This document shows positions 1 through 10,900 of a stretch of 64,000 bases of DNA, in pieces. Below the pieces are notes generated by a model that did no database searches, was not told the origin of the DNA, and worked only from the letters and a program-made list of their open reading frames with translations. The position numbers and the translations under genes are program-made. Every line of letters begins with the position of its first letter. Position 1 is the first letter of the stretch. Source of the DNA: Parcubacteria group bacterium (GTDB lineage: Bacteria; Patescibacteriota; Minisyncoccia; Phycocordibacterales; 21-14-all-47-15); NCBI GenBank assembly GCA_016181845.1, contig JACOYO010000005.1, positions 2,845 through 66,844 on the forward strand, written 5' to 3'.

Positions 1-780
1 TATCTGCGTGAAATCTGTTAGAGAGTGTGGCGTATCTACAAGGAGAATATTTTTATTTGAATCACTGAAATATGCCAAGGTTGGAGTATAAGCATTGTTC
101 TGTCCTATAACGAACCGCCCTTGCATTTCATAGTTGGAACCGGCAATGAATGAGAGAATACCCCAACGGGCATTCACCGCGTCGTTGGCGGATGCCGCGC
201 CGGAGAATGTCGCTGGTGTCACATCGTCTCCGGCGGTAATATATATTCCCGTGCCATAGCGAATGGCGTCAACGCCAAGATTTGCACTTTTCACTGTGCC
301 GGTAATATTTGCCGTAGCGCCGAAGTATTGCGGATTTGCTCCTGGAGAACCGGTCAGTGTTCTATACGGAGCTGAGCCGCTTGACGTTGTCACATATCGT
401 ATTGGATAACATTTACCGACACGTCCTACGGCTCCGTAGGTATCGCTTCCTTCAACGTGAAAAGTGTTATAGGCGGTGGTTGCTGTCCCCAATACAATAC
501 CCAAACCCCTAAGGGCGAGAGTGTTTGAAACGCCTGGTGTCGCAAGAAATACCCACACAAAAAAATGGGTATTCGTACCCGGCGTTATAGTAGAACCAAA
601 ATTGTATATCTGGCCCTTTTCTGAAGCAGTAACCTGTTTATCAACGCAGTTTGTCCCCTCCATGGCAAAGTCCGGACCAGCACCAAGACCAGAAGCGCCG
701 CCGCCAAGAGCGACCCAGCCGGTAACGTTTTCGGCTAATGTGATGTCTGTTAAGTCTTCTGTGTATGATGGTGCTGCCAT
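1..780 (-). CDS. Partial (runs off window) Thr/Gly/Ala-rich beta-structured protein resembling phage virion/tail-associated hypothetical proteins
   Basis: ATG at 780 (MAAPSYTEDLTDITLAENVTGWVALGGG...); open frame to position 1; absent from the ORF track because it has no stop in the window. Confidence 0.75.
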   Translation of the reverse strand, partial: MAAPSYTEDLTDITLAENVTGWVALGGGASGLGAGPDFAMEGTNCVDKQVTASEKGQIYNFGSTITPGTNTHFFVWVFLATPGVSNTLALRGLGIVLGTATTAYNTFHVEGSDTYGAVGRVGKCYPIRYVTTSSGSAPYRTLTGSPGANPQYFGATANITGTVKSANLGVDAIRYGTGIYITAGDDVTPATFSGAASANDAVNARWGILSFIAGSNYEMQGRFVIGQNNAYTPTLAYFSDSNKNILLVDTPHSLTDFTQI

Positions 781-868
781 AATTTCATTTTACCAAAAAA
801 ATTAAACCAATGCCAAATAGCTGGGCGACAGATTAGTTGCGATGGTTTTTTGTCCACATGATATGAAT

Positions 869-968
869 AAAATGTCGCAATTAAATGACTTAGATAAACG
901 ATATTTCGCATATCTCTACATAAAATGTCGCAAAGGGGCTTGAAAAGTGTCGCAATTAATTATAGCAT
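869..968 (+). promoter_or_regulatory. Fic gene promoter with three TGTCGCAA direct repeats (putative operator)
   Basis: TTGAAA(940-945)-17 nt-TAGCAT(963-968), ATG 6 nt later; TGTCGCAA at 873, 926 and 948. Confidence 0.55.
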
Positions 969-974
969 ATATCT

Positions 975-2021
975 ATGGCTAAAAAACAGGCAAGACAAAC
1001 TAAAATGCTCACTTTTCTTGAAGGTAAGGGAGGAGTATCAATAACCAATATTTTGAACTTTTTGGGCGCCGGTGTAGGTAGAAAAACTGCGCAAAGAGAT
1101 TTGAACGAACTCGAAGAAAAACTTTTAGTTTCAAAAAAAGGCGCGGGAAGAACTACCACTTACTCATTATCGGAAGCCTCTAAAATTTTATGGGGGATTG
1201 ATGTTAACGCCTATTTTGAAACTCCGTACTTGGAAAGAGACATACAAGAAAGATTTAATTTTGAAATATTCAACACGCTCCGCGGTGATATTTTTACCGA
1301 AATAGAAAAAAAGAAGCTGGAAGATCTGCAAGGCGAGTTTATTAAAAATTTTTCAACATACGAAAGTCAAACGCTTATCAACAAAGAGTTTGAAAGAATA
1401 ATGATCGAATTTTCCTGGAAATCCTCGGCGATAGAGGGAAACACCTACACACTCTTGGCCACCGAAGCGTTAATCAAAAATAATGTCGCCGCAGAAGGCA
1501 AGACCAAAGAGGAAACCCAAATGATCCTTAATCATAAGGACGCTTTTAATGAGATCGTCCAAAATAAAGAAAGATTCAAAAAGCTGGACTTCCCTGATAT
1601 TGAGTATATCCATTCCGTGTTGACCAAAAAACTTGGCGTCACAAAAAATATCAGAAACGCGGCAGTCGGGATTACCGGTACTAAATACAAACCACTGGAC
1701 AACAGTCATCAGATCAAAGATGCCGCGCTAGACATGGTGGGTTTAATAAACAAGAAAGAATCTTTCTTTGAGAAGGCATTTTTGGCGCTGGTTCTTATTT
1801 CATACATTCAGATTTTTGAAGATGGCAACAAGAGAACCGCTCGTACTGTCTCCAATGCCATGTTATTGTCGCATAATTCTATTCCACTTTCATACCGGAT
1901 TGTTGATGTTGAAGAATATAAAAAAGCAATGATCTTGTTTTACGAAATAAATAATATCTCGTATTTCAAAAAGATTTTCATCACCCAATTTCAAGACGCG
2001 GTCACTAATTACTTCAAATAA
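975..2021 (+). CDS. Fic/DOC family protein with N-terminal winged-helix (DeoR-like) domain
   Basis: Fic-like motif IQIFEDGNKRTAR, inhibitory motif SSAIEGN, N-terminal RKTAQRDLNEL...GAGRTTTY. Confidence 0.9.
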   Translation: MAKKQARQTKMLTFLEGKGGVSITNILNFLGAGVGRKTAQRDLNELEEKLLVSKKGAGRTTTYSLSEASKILWGIDVNAYFETPYLERDIQERFNFEIFNTLRGDIFTEIEKKKLEDLQGEFIKNFSTYESQTLINKEFERIMIEFSWKSSAIEGNTYTLLATEALIKNNVAAEGKTKEETQMILNHKDAFNEIVQNKERFKKLDFPDIEYIHSVLTKKLGVTKNIRNAAVGITGTKYKPLDNSHQIKDAALDMVGLINKKESFFEKAFLALVLISYIQIFEDGNKRTARTVSNAMLLSHNSIPLSYRIVDVEEYKKAMILFYEINNISYFKKIFITQFQDAVTNYFK

Positions 2022-2058
2022 AGAAGTTCATTTTGACTTTTAACTTTTGATTTTTGCT

Positions 2059-2150
2059 TTATATATCAGTAGTTCTAATGGCGTTGATGGTCTGGTTACT
2101 GGATGTTTGAGTCCAAGAAGAAATAAACTGCTTAATAGGAGTTCCGCCCC
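2059..2150. repeat. Direct repeat, copy 1: orphan duplicate of the 3' end of the 737-aa gene
   Basis: 2074-2150 identical to 3694-3770 (77 bp, offset 1620); 2059-2073 encodes TTDI* versus STDI*. Confidence 0.95.
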
Positions 2151-2168
2151 TACTTTTTTTACTTCTAC

Positions 2169-3659
2169 TTAGCGGCTATCATGTCCGGTATTAACAAAGG
2201 CAACACACTGGCCTTGGTTGCGGAAGCCGAAGTTCATCCAACCTAGATTCTTGCATTGGTCTGTGCCGGTTGGGTTTGGATCAGGATCGCCGTCGGGCGT
2301 AGGGTCACAAACATTGCCGATACCATCATTGTCATTGTCCTCTTGGCCCGGATTCGCTATACCTTGGCAATTATCTGCGAGATTATCTACGCCGTCATTA
2401 TCAGTGTCACCGTTGGGTGTAAAGTCACAAAGGTTGCCTTGACCATCACCGTCTGTATCGGCCTGGTCGGAGTTGACGTCCGCTGGACAGTTGTCTGCAC
2501 TGTCAATTATTCCATCGCCATCGGTGTCAGCAAGATATAAATACACAAACTCGGCGCTTTCAGATCCGACTAAGAAATTAATACCTGAAATGAAGACAGA
2601 ACCGCCACCTGCTAGATTGAGGAATGTCTGGAGTAGAGCGCCGTTGATGGCTTCATAGAGATAGACACTTCCGTCGTACGCATTTCCTATTACCAGCTTA
2701 TCCCCCGATATGGATACAGACCAGCCAAAATAGTCCAGATATACCGGCGTAGGGTTATTAAATGTCTGAAGTAAGGCACCCGTCGCGGCATCATAGAGAT
2801 AGGCAGAGCCGGCATTCTCAGCTCCGGTGTCGTCTCCACGTACGCCAATTAAAACATTGTCACCAGATACTGATACAGACCAGCCGAAAGAGTCACCAGA
2901 TTCTGGCGTAGGATGAATGAAGGTCTGGAGTAGAGTGCCGGTTGTAGCGTTATATAGATATGCAGAACCGGCGTTGTTGCCCCCGGTGTCGTTATAAGGC
3001 GCTCCAATCAATATATTGTCGCCAGATATAGCTACAGAGATACCAAAGTTTTTATAGGGTGTCGATGTAGGGTTATTGAAAGTGTAAAGTAATGATCCAG
3101 TCACTGCGTCAAAAAGGTAGGCGGAGCCAGCGTTGATGGCTCCAGTATCGTCCGCATATGCGCTAATCAACACTTTGTCGCCAGATATAGCTACAGAGTA
3201 GCCGAAGCCGTCATCGAATGCAGGTGCAGGGTTATTGAAGGTTTGGAGTAATGCGCCGGTCGTGGCGTTGTAAAGATAAGCAGAGCCGGCATTCTCAGCT
3301 CCGGTGTCGTCACTCCATGCCCCAATCAACACATTGTCACCTGATATAGCTACAGAGTAACCGAAAGAATCATCTATCGCTGGTGTGGGGTTGTTGAATG
3401 TCTGGATCAATGCGCCGGTCGTGGAGTCAAAGAGGTAGGCAGAGCCAGCATCGGTGGCGCCAGTATCGTCGTAAGGAGCACCGACAATAAACTTATTACC
3501 ATCAATGGCCACAGACCTGCCAAAGCGGTCACCTGCCGCTAGTGTAGGATTGTTTATTGTGACCGGCGCTCCATATGTCATCGCCGATGCTCCAATAGGC
3601 GCGATAACAAGAGCAAGCAATGAAAGCAGAGTGAGTGACTTGCGGATTGATGTATTCAT
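2169..3659 (-). CDS. Secreted FG-GAP (integrin-alpha-like beta-propeller) protein with thrombospondin type-3 Ca-binding repeats
   Basis: Signal peptide [15 protein letters not shown]...ASA; repeated FGxSVAISGD..LIGA..DD.GA..AGSAYL; DTDGDG..D..DNCP repeats; C-terminal [15 protein letters not shown]. Confidence 0.9.
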   Translation of the reverse strand: MNTSIRKSLTLLSLLALVIAPIGASAMTYGAPVTINNPTLAAGDRFGRSVAIDGNKFIVGAPYDDTGATDAGSAYLFDSTTGALIQTFNNPTPAIDDSFGYSVAISGDNVLIGAWSDDTGAENAGSAYLYNATTGALLQTFNNPAPAFDDGFGYSVAISGDKVLISAYADDTGAINAGSAYLFDAVTGSLLYTFNNPTSTPYKNFGISVAISGDNILIGAPYNDTGGNNAGSAYLYNATTGTLLQTFIHPTPESGDSFGWSVSVSGDNVLIGVRGDDTGAENAGSAYLYDAATGALLQTFNNPTPVYLDYFGWSVSISGDKLVIGNAYDGSVYLYEAINGALLQTFLNLAGGGSVFISGINFLVGSESAEFVYLYLADTDGDGIIDSADNCPADVNSDQADTDGDGQGNLCDFTPNGDTDNDGVDNLADNCQGIANPGQEDNDNDGIGNVCDPTPDGDPDPNPTGTDQCKNLGWMNFGFRNQGQCVAFVNTGHDSR

Positions 3660-3678
3660 AATTATTAATGTCTGAATA

Positions 3679-3770
3679 TTATATGTCGGTGGATCTAATG
3701 GCGTTGATGGTCTGGTTACTGGATGTTTGAGTCCAAGAAGAAATAAACTGCTTAATAGGAGTTCCGCCCC
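3679..3770. repeat. Direct repeat, copy 2 (current 3' end of the 737-aa gene)
   Basis: Matches 2059-2150. Confidence 0.95.
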
Positions 3771-5892
3771 CATCTCTTACAATAACAACTAAGTTTCTTG
3801 AACCGGATTGCACCGAAGTAAATCTGTCTGTTCCATTCTGCCCACCAGGTCCACTAGTATCTGTACTACTATATAGAGCATCTACATAAGCAATCCAGAC
3901 ATTGTTGCCTGCATTTGCATTCACCGAAAGAAAATCTTCATTACCATCTGTAGTGTCAATAACAAATGTATCAGTTGCCCATGAGGTATAATGGAGTCTT
4001 CTCTCAAAGCCATTATTATCTGTTACTCTGATGTATCCAATTGAAGGAGTGTCGGAAGGAATAGTTGTTGAAACCGCTACTGAGGTAATATTATCTGTTG
4101 TTAAAGCACTGGCGGCTTTAATAGCAAGTTGTGTTTTGGTTATCGCAGGATCTCCGTTTGTATCTGTTGTACTTCCGTCCCAAGGGGCGACCAACACTCT
4201 GTCTTCTCCATTAGCCAATCCTGCAACAATGTTAGTGACATTGTTAGGAGGAGAAATAACCGTATTTGTAAGGTCTGTCACTTTGTCCGAAGAAGATAAA
4301 TCCGCAGTTTGTAGGGCCAATCCATACGAACCGATCAAAGCAGAACCGGTTGAAGCTCCAACAAATGGCTTAGAAATACTACGTTCAGTTACCGTCACAT
4401 TTACTAATGCTGTTGCGCCTGAATTAGCTCCTGTAATTGTGTCGTTATCTACCGGCGCATTTCCTGTAAGAAGCTGTATCCACATCTTTGTGGAGCTACC
4501 TGTTCTGTCATTGATTGCAAGCATCTGTCCTGTACCACCAGACCACGAGACTGCTTCAACGGCATCGAAGTCTGTTGCGGATTGAGTATCAACGTTAATT
4601 TCGTGGGTAATACCCCTAAACAACTCTCCATTTAGCCCATAGACTTGCTCGGTAGAGCCGTCTGCTGTTTGGTATTTACCATATTCATAAAACTGGTTGA
4701 TAGTCTTGGCTCCTCTATCCCAAACCGCATAGTAGTTTTCATTTGTAGTGTTGTTATCAACATCAATGCTCTTATATCCAATATTAAGGTCGTATACCGC
4801 CTCACCGCCAGCAGTTGCTACTTGCAAGTTTCTGTTAAGGGTTAAAGCGTTTGTTGCTATTGAAACAATCTTATACTCACTGTTCTCTCCAGCCCACATG
4901 ATAAAATCTCCATCTGCAAATAATGCGCCATTAGATACATTTAGAATAGCTTGGCCTGTACTATTTACGCCAACGACTGTTGCAGTAGAGTCCGTTCTAT
5001 CAATAAAAACATCTTGCCACCCACTCACCGTGGTTTCACTTGTTGCGTTGTTTAAGTCTGATGAATCAGATAAGGCGAGGACGTTGTTACCCCTTGCAGT
5101 TGCATTAATTGAGAACTCGCCGTAGGTATACCCAAATCTCCTATTGGTTCCGAGTAGTTTTCTAAGGTCAACATCTGTTCCGCTAGTACGAACTTTTTGC
5201 ATCCATCTGTGAGATATACCCGCTGAAACAGACCTATTAACTCCAAGACCTACTTTGTAAACATCGGAAACTGCAAAAGTATTAGCAGTTCCTCCAAACA
5301 AACCAGCGGAACAAGTAATTGTGCCTGTTGTATTAGATGTAATTATTCCATGACTTCCGTCTGTCACGTTATAGAGTGTGAACCCAATGAGGTCATCTGT
5401 AGTAAGACTTCTGTTTGATAAAGCCGTTGATAACGCTGAGTCTGTGACTACAGTAGCAGATGCGGCAGAGGTGACACTTCCCCCCAAGCTATAGTTCCAC
5501 CAGTCATCGCTTACAACAGAACCATTTTGGTGAAGCTGGATAAGAACTCCTTTGTTGCCGAAGTTTACAATACCATCCCAAATATCAGAACCCGAAGTTC
5601 CTTGAATAACAGAACCATCATAGAGATGTTCTGACGATGTTTGGTCAATCGTATACCCGTTAATAAGGGTGATGATGTTGTCGGTTGACCTGCGAGAAGG
5701 GTCAATGTTGGTTACGTCCAATTGGTCGGAACTTGACGGTACTGCCACTGCATCATCTGCCAATCCTTGCAACCATCTGTGAAATTCAATTACTGTCGCA
5801 TACGAAGGATTCACTCCGGTATGGACGTCGCCAGTATATGCGATTACTTTTGTCGCTCTCGTTATTGTCCAGTCTGTTGCTACTATTGCCAT
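3679..5892 (-). CDS. 737-aa phage-structural-like hypothetical protein
   Basis: No signal peptide; N-terminus [10 protein letters not shown]...[17 protein letters not shown]...[17 protein letters not shown] resembles phage virion hypotheticals (from recall, unverified); T/S/G-rich. Confidence 0.7.
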   Translation of the reverse strand: MAIVATDWTITRATKVIAYTGDVHTGVNPSYATVIEFHRWLQGLADDAVAVPSSSDQLDVTNIDPSRRSTDNIITLINGYTIDQTSSEHLYDGSVIQGTSGSDIWDGIVNFGNKGVLIQLHQNGSVVSDDWWNYSLGGSVTSAASATVVTDSALSTALSNRSLTTDDLIGFTLYNVTDGSHGIITSNTTGTITCSAGLFGGTANTFAVSDVYKVGLGVNRSVSAGISHRWMQKVRTSGTDVDLRKLLGTNRRFGYTYGEFSINATARGNNVLALSDSSDLNNATSETTVSGWQDVFIDRTDSTATVVGVNSTGQAILNVSNGALFADGDFIMWAGENSEYKIVSIATNALTLNRNLQVATAGGEAVYDLNIGYKSIDVDNNTTNENYYAVWDRGAKTINQFYEYGKYQTADGSTEQVYGLNGELFRGITHEINVDTQSATDFDAVEAVSWSGGTGQMLAINDRTGSSTKMWIQLLTGNAPVDNDTITGANSGATALVNVTVTERSISKPFVGASTGSALIGSYGLALQTADLSSSDKVTDLTNTVISPPNNVTNIVAGLANGEDRVLVAPWDGSTTDTNGDPAITKTQLAIKAASALTTDNITSVAVSTTIPSDTPSIGYIRVTDNNGFERRLHYTSWATDTFVIDTTDGNEDFLSVNANAGNNVWIAYVDALYSSTDTSGPGGQNGTDRFTSVQSGSRNLVVIVRDGGGTPIKQFISSWTQTSSNQTINAIRSTDI

Positions 5893-5924
5893 GTATTTAT
5901 AATAATATCAAATTAATTTCTTTT

Positions 5925-6146
5925 TTAATTATCCTTCCATATTTTGAAAGATTTTTTTTGAGGCTTGATAGCCGGTTTTTTCCATGCCTGCGCAGGCAGG
6001 TCTTTAGGTTTTTCTTTGGTTTCTTCTCCAACTTCACCATATTCAGTCTTACAAAATGGACATTTGGTGTCCTTCTCTGTGTGCATAAAATATAGCCCGC
6101 ATTGGCTACGTTTACATTTTACTACTTTGTTCACATTATCAGACAT
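5925..6146 (-). CDS. Small zinc-ribbon protein
   Basis: CKRSQC...CPFC; TG-C-TATAAT 6 nt before ATG at 6146. Confidence 0.6.
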   Translation of the reverse strand: MSDNVNKVVKCKRSQCGLYFMHTEKDTKCPFCKTEYGEVGEETKEKPKDLPAQAWKKPAIKPQKKSFKIWKDN

Positions 6147-6291
6147 ACAACAATTATAGCATGCGCATTTGTGGTCAATAGTCTTATGGTGTGGATAACT
6201 GTAACTAATGCAAAAATAAAATATCAAAAATCAAAATGTAAATATCAAAATATAAAATTTTTAATTTTGAGTTGTCATTTTGATTTAACTA

Positions 6292-7125
6292 TTATGAATA
6301 AGTGTGGCCAGCATAACCTGTCCAAGTATTATTAAAACCGGCATCACCGTCGGCCCATGTGATAACAACGCCGGAAGTACTGTCAACTTTTTTTATACGC
6401 CATAATGTGGCTCCCTCTGCTGTTCCGACTGTCGCTTCTCCCACATAATCTATGTCACCAACCGTTGCCACGCGGAGGGCATATTTAACACCGCCAAACG
6501 AAATTGTTTGGAGAGTTGTCTCTGTGGAAGCTGATGAGGGCAGCGCCGAACTCAAGACATCGACCTGCACGTGTCGGTCGACGTCTACCAGACCGCTTTT
6601 GGCCACATCTCCCGAATCACTGAAACTGCTGGATCCACCAGGCTGGGAAGTGACCTTGACTTGCAAAGATCCGGTATCAAACGTCAAATCTGAAGTTTTA
6701 AGGAGTGAAGAAACAGTTGCTTCGGTGGCGAGTGAAGAGACCGTTTCCTCTGTGGCGGGATTTATTCTCGTGTTGGCTGAATTCTTGACACCGACCACGC
6801 CAGTCGTCGGCGAACTGCCCATGATGAATGCCTCGGCTTTTTTGGGTGAAAGTTGGGAAGCGATGATACCGGCCCCAACAACACCAGCAACTTTCAAAAA
6901 GTTGCGTTTACTCTTGTCACTAACTTTGGACTGTTCCGAATCTGTTGATTGATGGATGGCGTCTACGACGTTTTCTGGCACAGGCGCAAAATTAGGCCGA
7001 ACAATTGGCCTTTGTCGTCTTAATAGAAAAGAATCTGTATTTGGTAAAAACACAGAAAAACTAGGCCTAACGATTGGCTTTTGTATTAACAGAAAAGAAT
7101 CTGTATTTGGTAAAAACGTAGACAT
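6292..7125 (-). CDS. Protein with internal Tat-like motif and phage-like C-terminal domain
   Basis: SKRNFLK + hydrophobic stretch + AEA; N-terminal tandem FLPNTDSFLL..PIVRP x2; C-terminal YVGEA...WRIKK...ITWADGD..F.N.W. Confidence 0.75.
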   Translation of the reverse strand: MSTFLPNTDSFLLIQKPIVRPSFSVFLPNTDSFLLRRQRPIVRPNFAPVPENVVDAIHQSTDSEQSKVSDKSKRNFLKVAGVVGAGIIASQLSPKKAEAFIMGSSPTTGVVGVKNSANTRINPATEETVSSLATEATVSSLLKTSDLTFDTGSLQVKVTSQPGGSSSFSDSGDVAKSGLVDVDRHVQVDVLSSALPSSASTETTLQTISFGGVKYALRVATVGDIDYVGEATVGTAEGATLWRIKKVDSTSGVVITWADGDAGFNNTWTGYAGHTYS

Positions 7126-7185
7126 AATCCGTCAATTTAAATTATATCAGATTTTACACATCGTGTTGTTGACAACTTATACTAC

Positions 7186-7231
7186 GTTAGAAGTAGCTAC
7201 GCCGCGGTCCTCCGAACTCGCGACTTCTAAC
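7186..7231. repeat. Short intergenic palindromic element GTTAGAAGT...ACTTCTAAC
   Basis: 9-bp inverted arms around a GC-rich core in a divergent promoter region. Confidence 0.55.
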
Positions 7232-7308
7232 TGAGCATATTGTGGATTATTGATTTTATATATGTGATATAATTTAGGAACAGGTGTGGGGGTAGAGAAA
7301 AAATTTTC

Positions 7309-9968
7309 ATGAAGAATTACATATCCTATTTTTCATTTTTCTGTTTTGTATTTTTCGGTCTTTTTTCAATTTCTGTCGCGTTTGCCAATAGTTATCAAAA
7401 AATCGCTCCCGGCGACACAGTCACCTTGGGCGAATTCGTTTTTGATGACGATTTTGTCGCGACTACGACAAATTGCACTGTTGGAATAACCAATCCTCTT
7501 AATGCTGAGATAGTTGCATCAACCACATTGATGAACGCTAATACTGATGGCTGGCATTACTATAACTATACGACGGCGGCGGACGCCCCTTCCGGTATCT
7601 GGCCATCAATTATGATTTGCGGAACGGTAGCAAGGGGAGATTTGGTTATAGTAGACAAAAGTTTTATCGTTGATTGGTCAGTCGTTTCAACCAGCACAAT
7701 TAAAGAGGTGGTTGATGAAAGTTTGACCATAGCGACATCTTCCCTGGCGACAGTTATTAATACTCATACCGATACTAAGGCATCCGATATTGTGAGCGCT
7801 GTCAATCTCGTCACCGAGTCAGCTTCATCAAGTTTGTTTGCCACGCTTCCTTCCGCGATCTGGTCATTTAGCAGTCGGACACTCACTTCGTTTGGTACTC
7901 TAGTTGCCGACACGGCTTCGGCGGTGTGGACATCGGTGACATCGGTGACCCGCACCCTGACCGGCGCCGGTCTTGATTCTGGTTCTTTGGCTACCCTCTC
8001 TGATGTACAAACAGCAACGAGTTCTCTCGCTTCAGCAATCACGGCTGGAACGGTGGCGGTGAATACTAATACGAACGCAGAACTTCTTGCCGCCTCAACA
8101 TCCCTTGCCAATTTCATTAATAACAACAGCAACGCGACGATTCTTGCGGCTTCTACGTCACTGGCTTCATATCTAAGCGCTCACACGGATGCGGCGTCAT
8201 CATCAATCGCCTCATTTGTGAACGCTAATACCAACAGCACGGTATTGGCGGCATCAACATCGCTTGCGGCATTCATTAATGCAAATACGAATACACAAAC
8301 CGCCGCGGTAACGTCAGCAGTGAATGCAAACACCGATGCGCGGATCGCAACAGCATCAAGTTCGCTTGCGGCCACGCTTCCTTCCGCGATCTGGTCATTT
8401 AGCAGTCGGACACTCACTTCGTTTGGTACTCTAGTTGCCGACACGGCTTCGGCGGTGTGGACATCGGTGTGTGGACATCGGTGACCCGCACCCTGACCGG
8501 CGCCGGTCTTGATTCTGGTTCTTTGGCTACACAATCTTATATTGACACTGCCACTTCAACTCTTTCTGCCAAAATCCAAAGCGGCTCTACGGTAACACTA
8601 TCTGATTTTGGGGCGACCACACCTAACACCGCGTACAAAGCAAAATTGCAGGTCCTAAACCAAGCGACCGTTCCAACGGATGCTGATTCTCTGCCAACGG
8701 TGGTTATTACTGATTCCGCCGGAACGGTCCAAGTCAATGGTAGCGTGATGACAAAGGACTCAAACGGCACCTACAGCTTTAGTTATAGTCTTGGCGGCAA
8801 CCCTGTCGGCGGTGTTTGGGAGACAGTAGTTTCCGTCGTCATTAATGGGCAAACGGTTAGAGTAAATGACTATTGGGAAGTTGCGTCAGCTCCGGCACAA
8901 GTGATTGTAAATTCTATTACCGATCATACTATTCCGAGCATCACCGCGAATGTGACCATAACTAATGAAGGAAGTTCCGCTTTTGAGTACCACTATGAAT
9001 GGTGCGTAGTAAAAGAACAAAATAATCCTTGCGGAGATGGTGATGATATTGATTACGCTTCAGCCGCCAAATTTATTCAGCCGGGTGAGGACTTTATCAC
9101 TGATTTGTCTCTTACTCTTAATCAAGAAGGAATTTTCTACTTCAAAGTGGCGGTTACGTGGGGGACGAAAAAATCATTTGCTTCCAGTCAGTTTGACGCG
9201 AGAGGATTTACCGTCTCTGGCGATACATTTGTCCGATTGGAAACGAATGAAGCAACATCTTCACCGTTTGTAACCGATGAAGGAAGTACCATAACGCAAG
9301 GTATTCCTGACGGGGCAACAAATGAAGCATCAAATTTCCACATTTCCAGATTGTCAAAAACGGATGTACTTGCGTCATTTGCCGCCCCGTCAGGAAAAAC
9401 GGCTCTTGGAAGTTACATCTTCGGGTTAAGAGCCAGCACGGTGGCAAGTGGCACGACGATTACCTTATTCAACAAACCGATTACTGTCACGTTTGAATAT
9501 GACGAGAGTTTGCTCGGCGGTTTAGATGAAAGCGCTTTACAAATTTATCATAATCTTGAAAACGGTAGTGGCTGGATTGCTTTGGATAATCAAAGTATTA
9601 ATACCACCAGCAACATCATAACTGGACAAACAATGAGATTTAGTTTGTTTGGTGTTTTTGGATCCGAGGTGGCTCAATCACCATCACCATCTCCATCACC
9701 TGCGCCTTCTAGCGGTGGCGGTGGTGGGGGCGGTGGAGGTGGAAGCGGTGCGGCCGCACCTTCCCAGCCGGCGGCTGTAATTACTTCAAAAGCCGAAAAC
9801 AGCGCGGACTTCAACGGGGACAATAAAGTGAATTCCGTTGACTTCTCAATCTTGCTATTCTTCTGGAAGACATCGCCGCCATTTGCAAATCCGGGAGTTG
9901 ACATAAACAAGGATGGAAAAGTAGATTCCGTTGACTTCTCAATCTTGCTCTATCACTGGAACAAATAA
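7309..9968 (+). pseudogene. Large secreted S/T/A-rich protein with C-terminal dockerin-like domain, split by a frameshift near 8470 (real or assembly error)
   Basis: ORFs 7309-8484 and 8457-9968 join if a 14-bp tandem duplication is removed; signal peptide; C-terminal ADFNGDNKVNSVDFSILL...DINKDGKVDSVDFSILL. Confidence 0.75.
7840..8530. repeat. About 155-bp intragenic direct repeat (7840-7994 and 8371-8530)
   Basis: Identical except for a 9-bp versus 14-bp local tandem duplication at the same position. Confidence 0.9.
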
Positions 9969-9970
9969 AT

Positions 9971-10900
9971 ATGCATACATTCTCTAACAAAAAAATACAC
10001 ATCTTCATTCTGTTGTTTAGCGCAATGTTTTTGCCGTTTTCGGTTTCCGCCTCAACCGCGTATATAGACACCGGTCATACAGATTTTTTCGTTGGGGATA
10101 CTATATTGTTTAGTGTTCGTGTTGACTCTGAAAATAAAGATATAAATGCGGTTGATGGGGAGGTTTTGTTGGATCATGCGGCAAGGTCGGTTTCTTTAAT
10201 TGATATCAATACGGCGAGTTCCGAATTTTCTCTTTGGCCATTAAAACCTTTGCCATCGGAGAGAAATATGAGCATTTCTTTTGTCGGCGGGTCTCCCGGT
10301 GGTTTTAACTCCAAAGACGCGGTTATTTTCAACATTGTCTTGAAATTGGAAAAAGAAGGCCCAATAACTCTGACACCTAGTGATTTTTCTGTGTATCTAC
10401 ATGACGGCAAAGGCACCAAAGATGATGTACATGCTAAACAATTAGCCATAAATGTCTTGCCTAAAAAACCAGATTCGCAGCCAGTTGATGATTGGAATAA
10501 TGTAATTTCAAATGATAAGACCCCGCCCGAGTTTATTGAAGCAATCATAGATAGAGACCCGTATATTTTTGATAACCAATATTTTGTGAGTTTCTTTGCT
10601 GTTGATAAGGATGCTGGGGTCGCTTATTATGAAATTAAAGAGAACGATCTTGATTTCGTTCACGCCGAGAGTCCTCACCTTCTCCAAGACCAATCACTTA
10701 AAAGCGTTGTCCAAATAAAAGCGGTTGATAAAGCAGGAAATGAAATCTTTGTGACTCCAAAATTGGCCCCGGTACCGATAACAGGAATTCCTTACAAAAC
10801 ATATCTGGTCTGGGTTCTTGTTATCCTGGTAATTCTAGCGTTTATTTTCTGGCTTTTGCGGTTCTGGACGACTACATTAAAAAAGAATGTTCAAAAATAA
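9971..10900 (+). CDS. Cohesin-like domain protein with C-terminal membrane anchor
   Basis: Signal peptide; VGD...VRVDSE..INAVDG...FSLW...ISFVGGSPGGF; Ig-like DK.AGV.YYE segment; C-terminal TM helix. Confidence 0.75.
   Translation: MHTFSNKKIHIFILLFSAMFLPFSVSASTAYIDTGHTDFFVGDTILFSVRVDSENKDINAVDGEVLLDHAARSVSLIDINTASSEFSLWPLKPLPSERNMSISFVGGSPGGFNSKDAVIFNIVLKLEKEGPITLTPSDFSVYLHDGKGTKDDVHAKQLAINVLPKKPDSQPVDDWNNVISNDKTPPEFIEAIIDRDPYIFDNQYFVSFFAVDKDAGVAYYEIKENDLDFVHAESPHLLQDQSLKSVVQIKAVDKAGNEIFVTPKLAPVPITGIPYKTYLVWVLVILVILAFIFWLLRFWTTTLKKNVQK

Noticed and set aside
2059-3770. Diversity-generating retroelement TR/VR pair
   Set aside because: Mismatches are mostly T/C at third codon positions on the coding strand rather than adenine-specific; no reverse transcriptase in the window.
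3660-3773. N-terminal extensions in the ORF track (FG-GAP, pfkB, transketolase C, rpmE, RAYTs, rpsB)
   Set aside because: They run through neighbouring genes or repeat elements; downstream ATGs fit family starts and promoter spacing better.
1-7125. Intact prophage
   Set aside because: No integrase, terminase, portal, capsid or lysis genes in the window; the holin-family gene at 29.3 kb is a common chromosomal YvlD-like gene far away.
9676-9752. TCACCA and GGT/GGC runs as contingency repeats
   Set aside because: In-frame Ser-Pro and Gly linker codons with synonymous variation.
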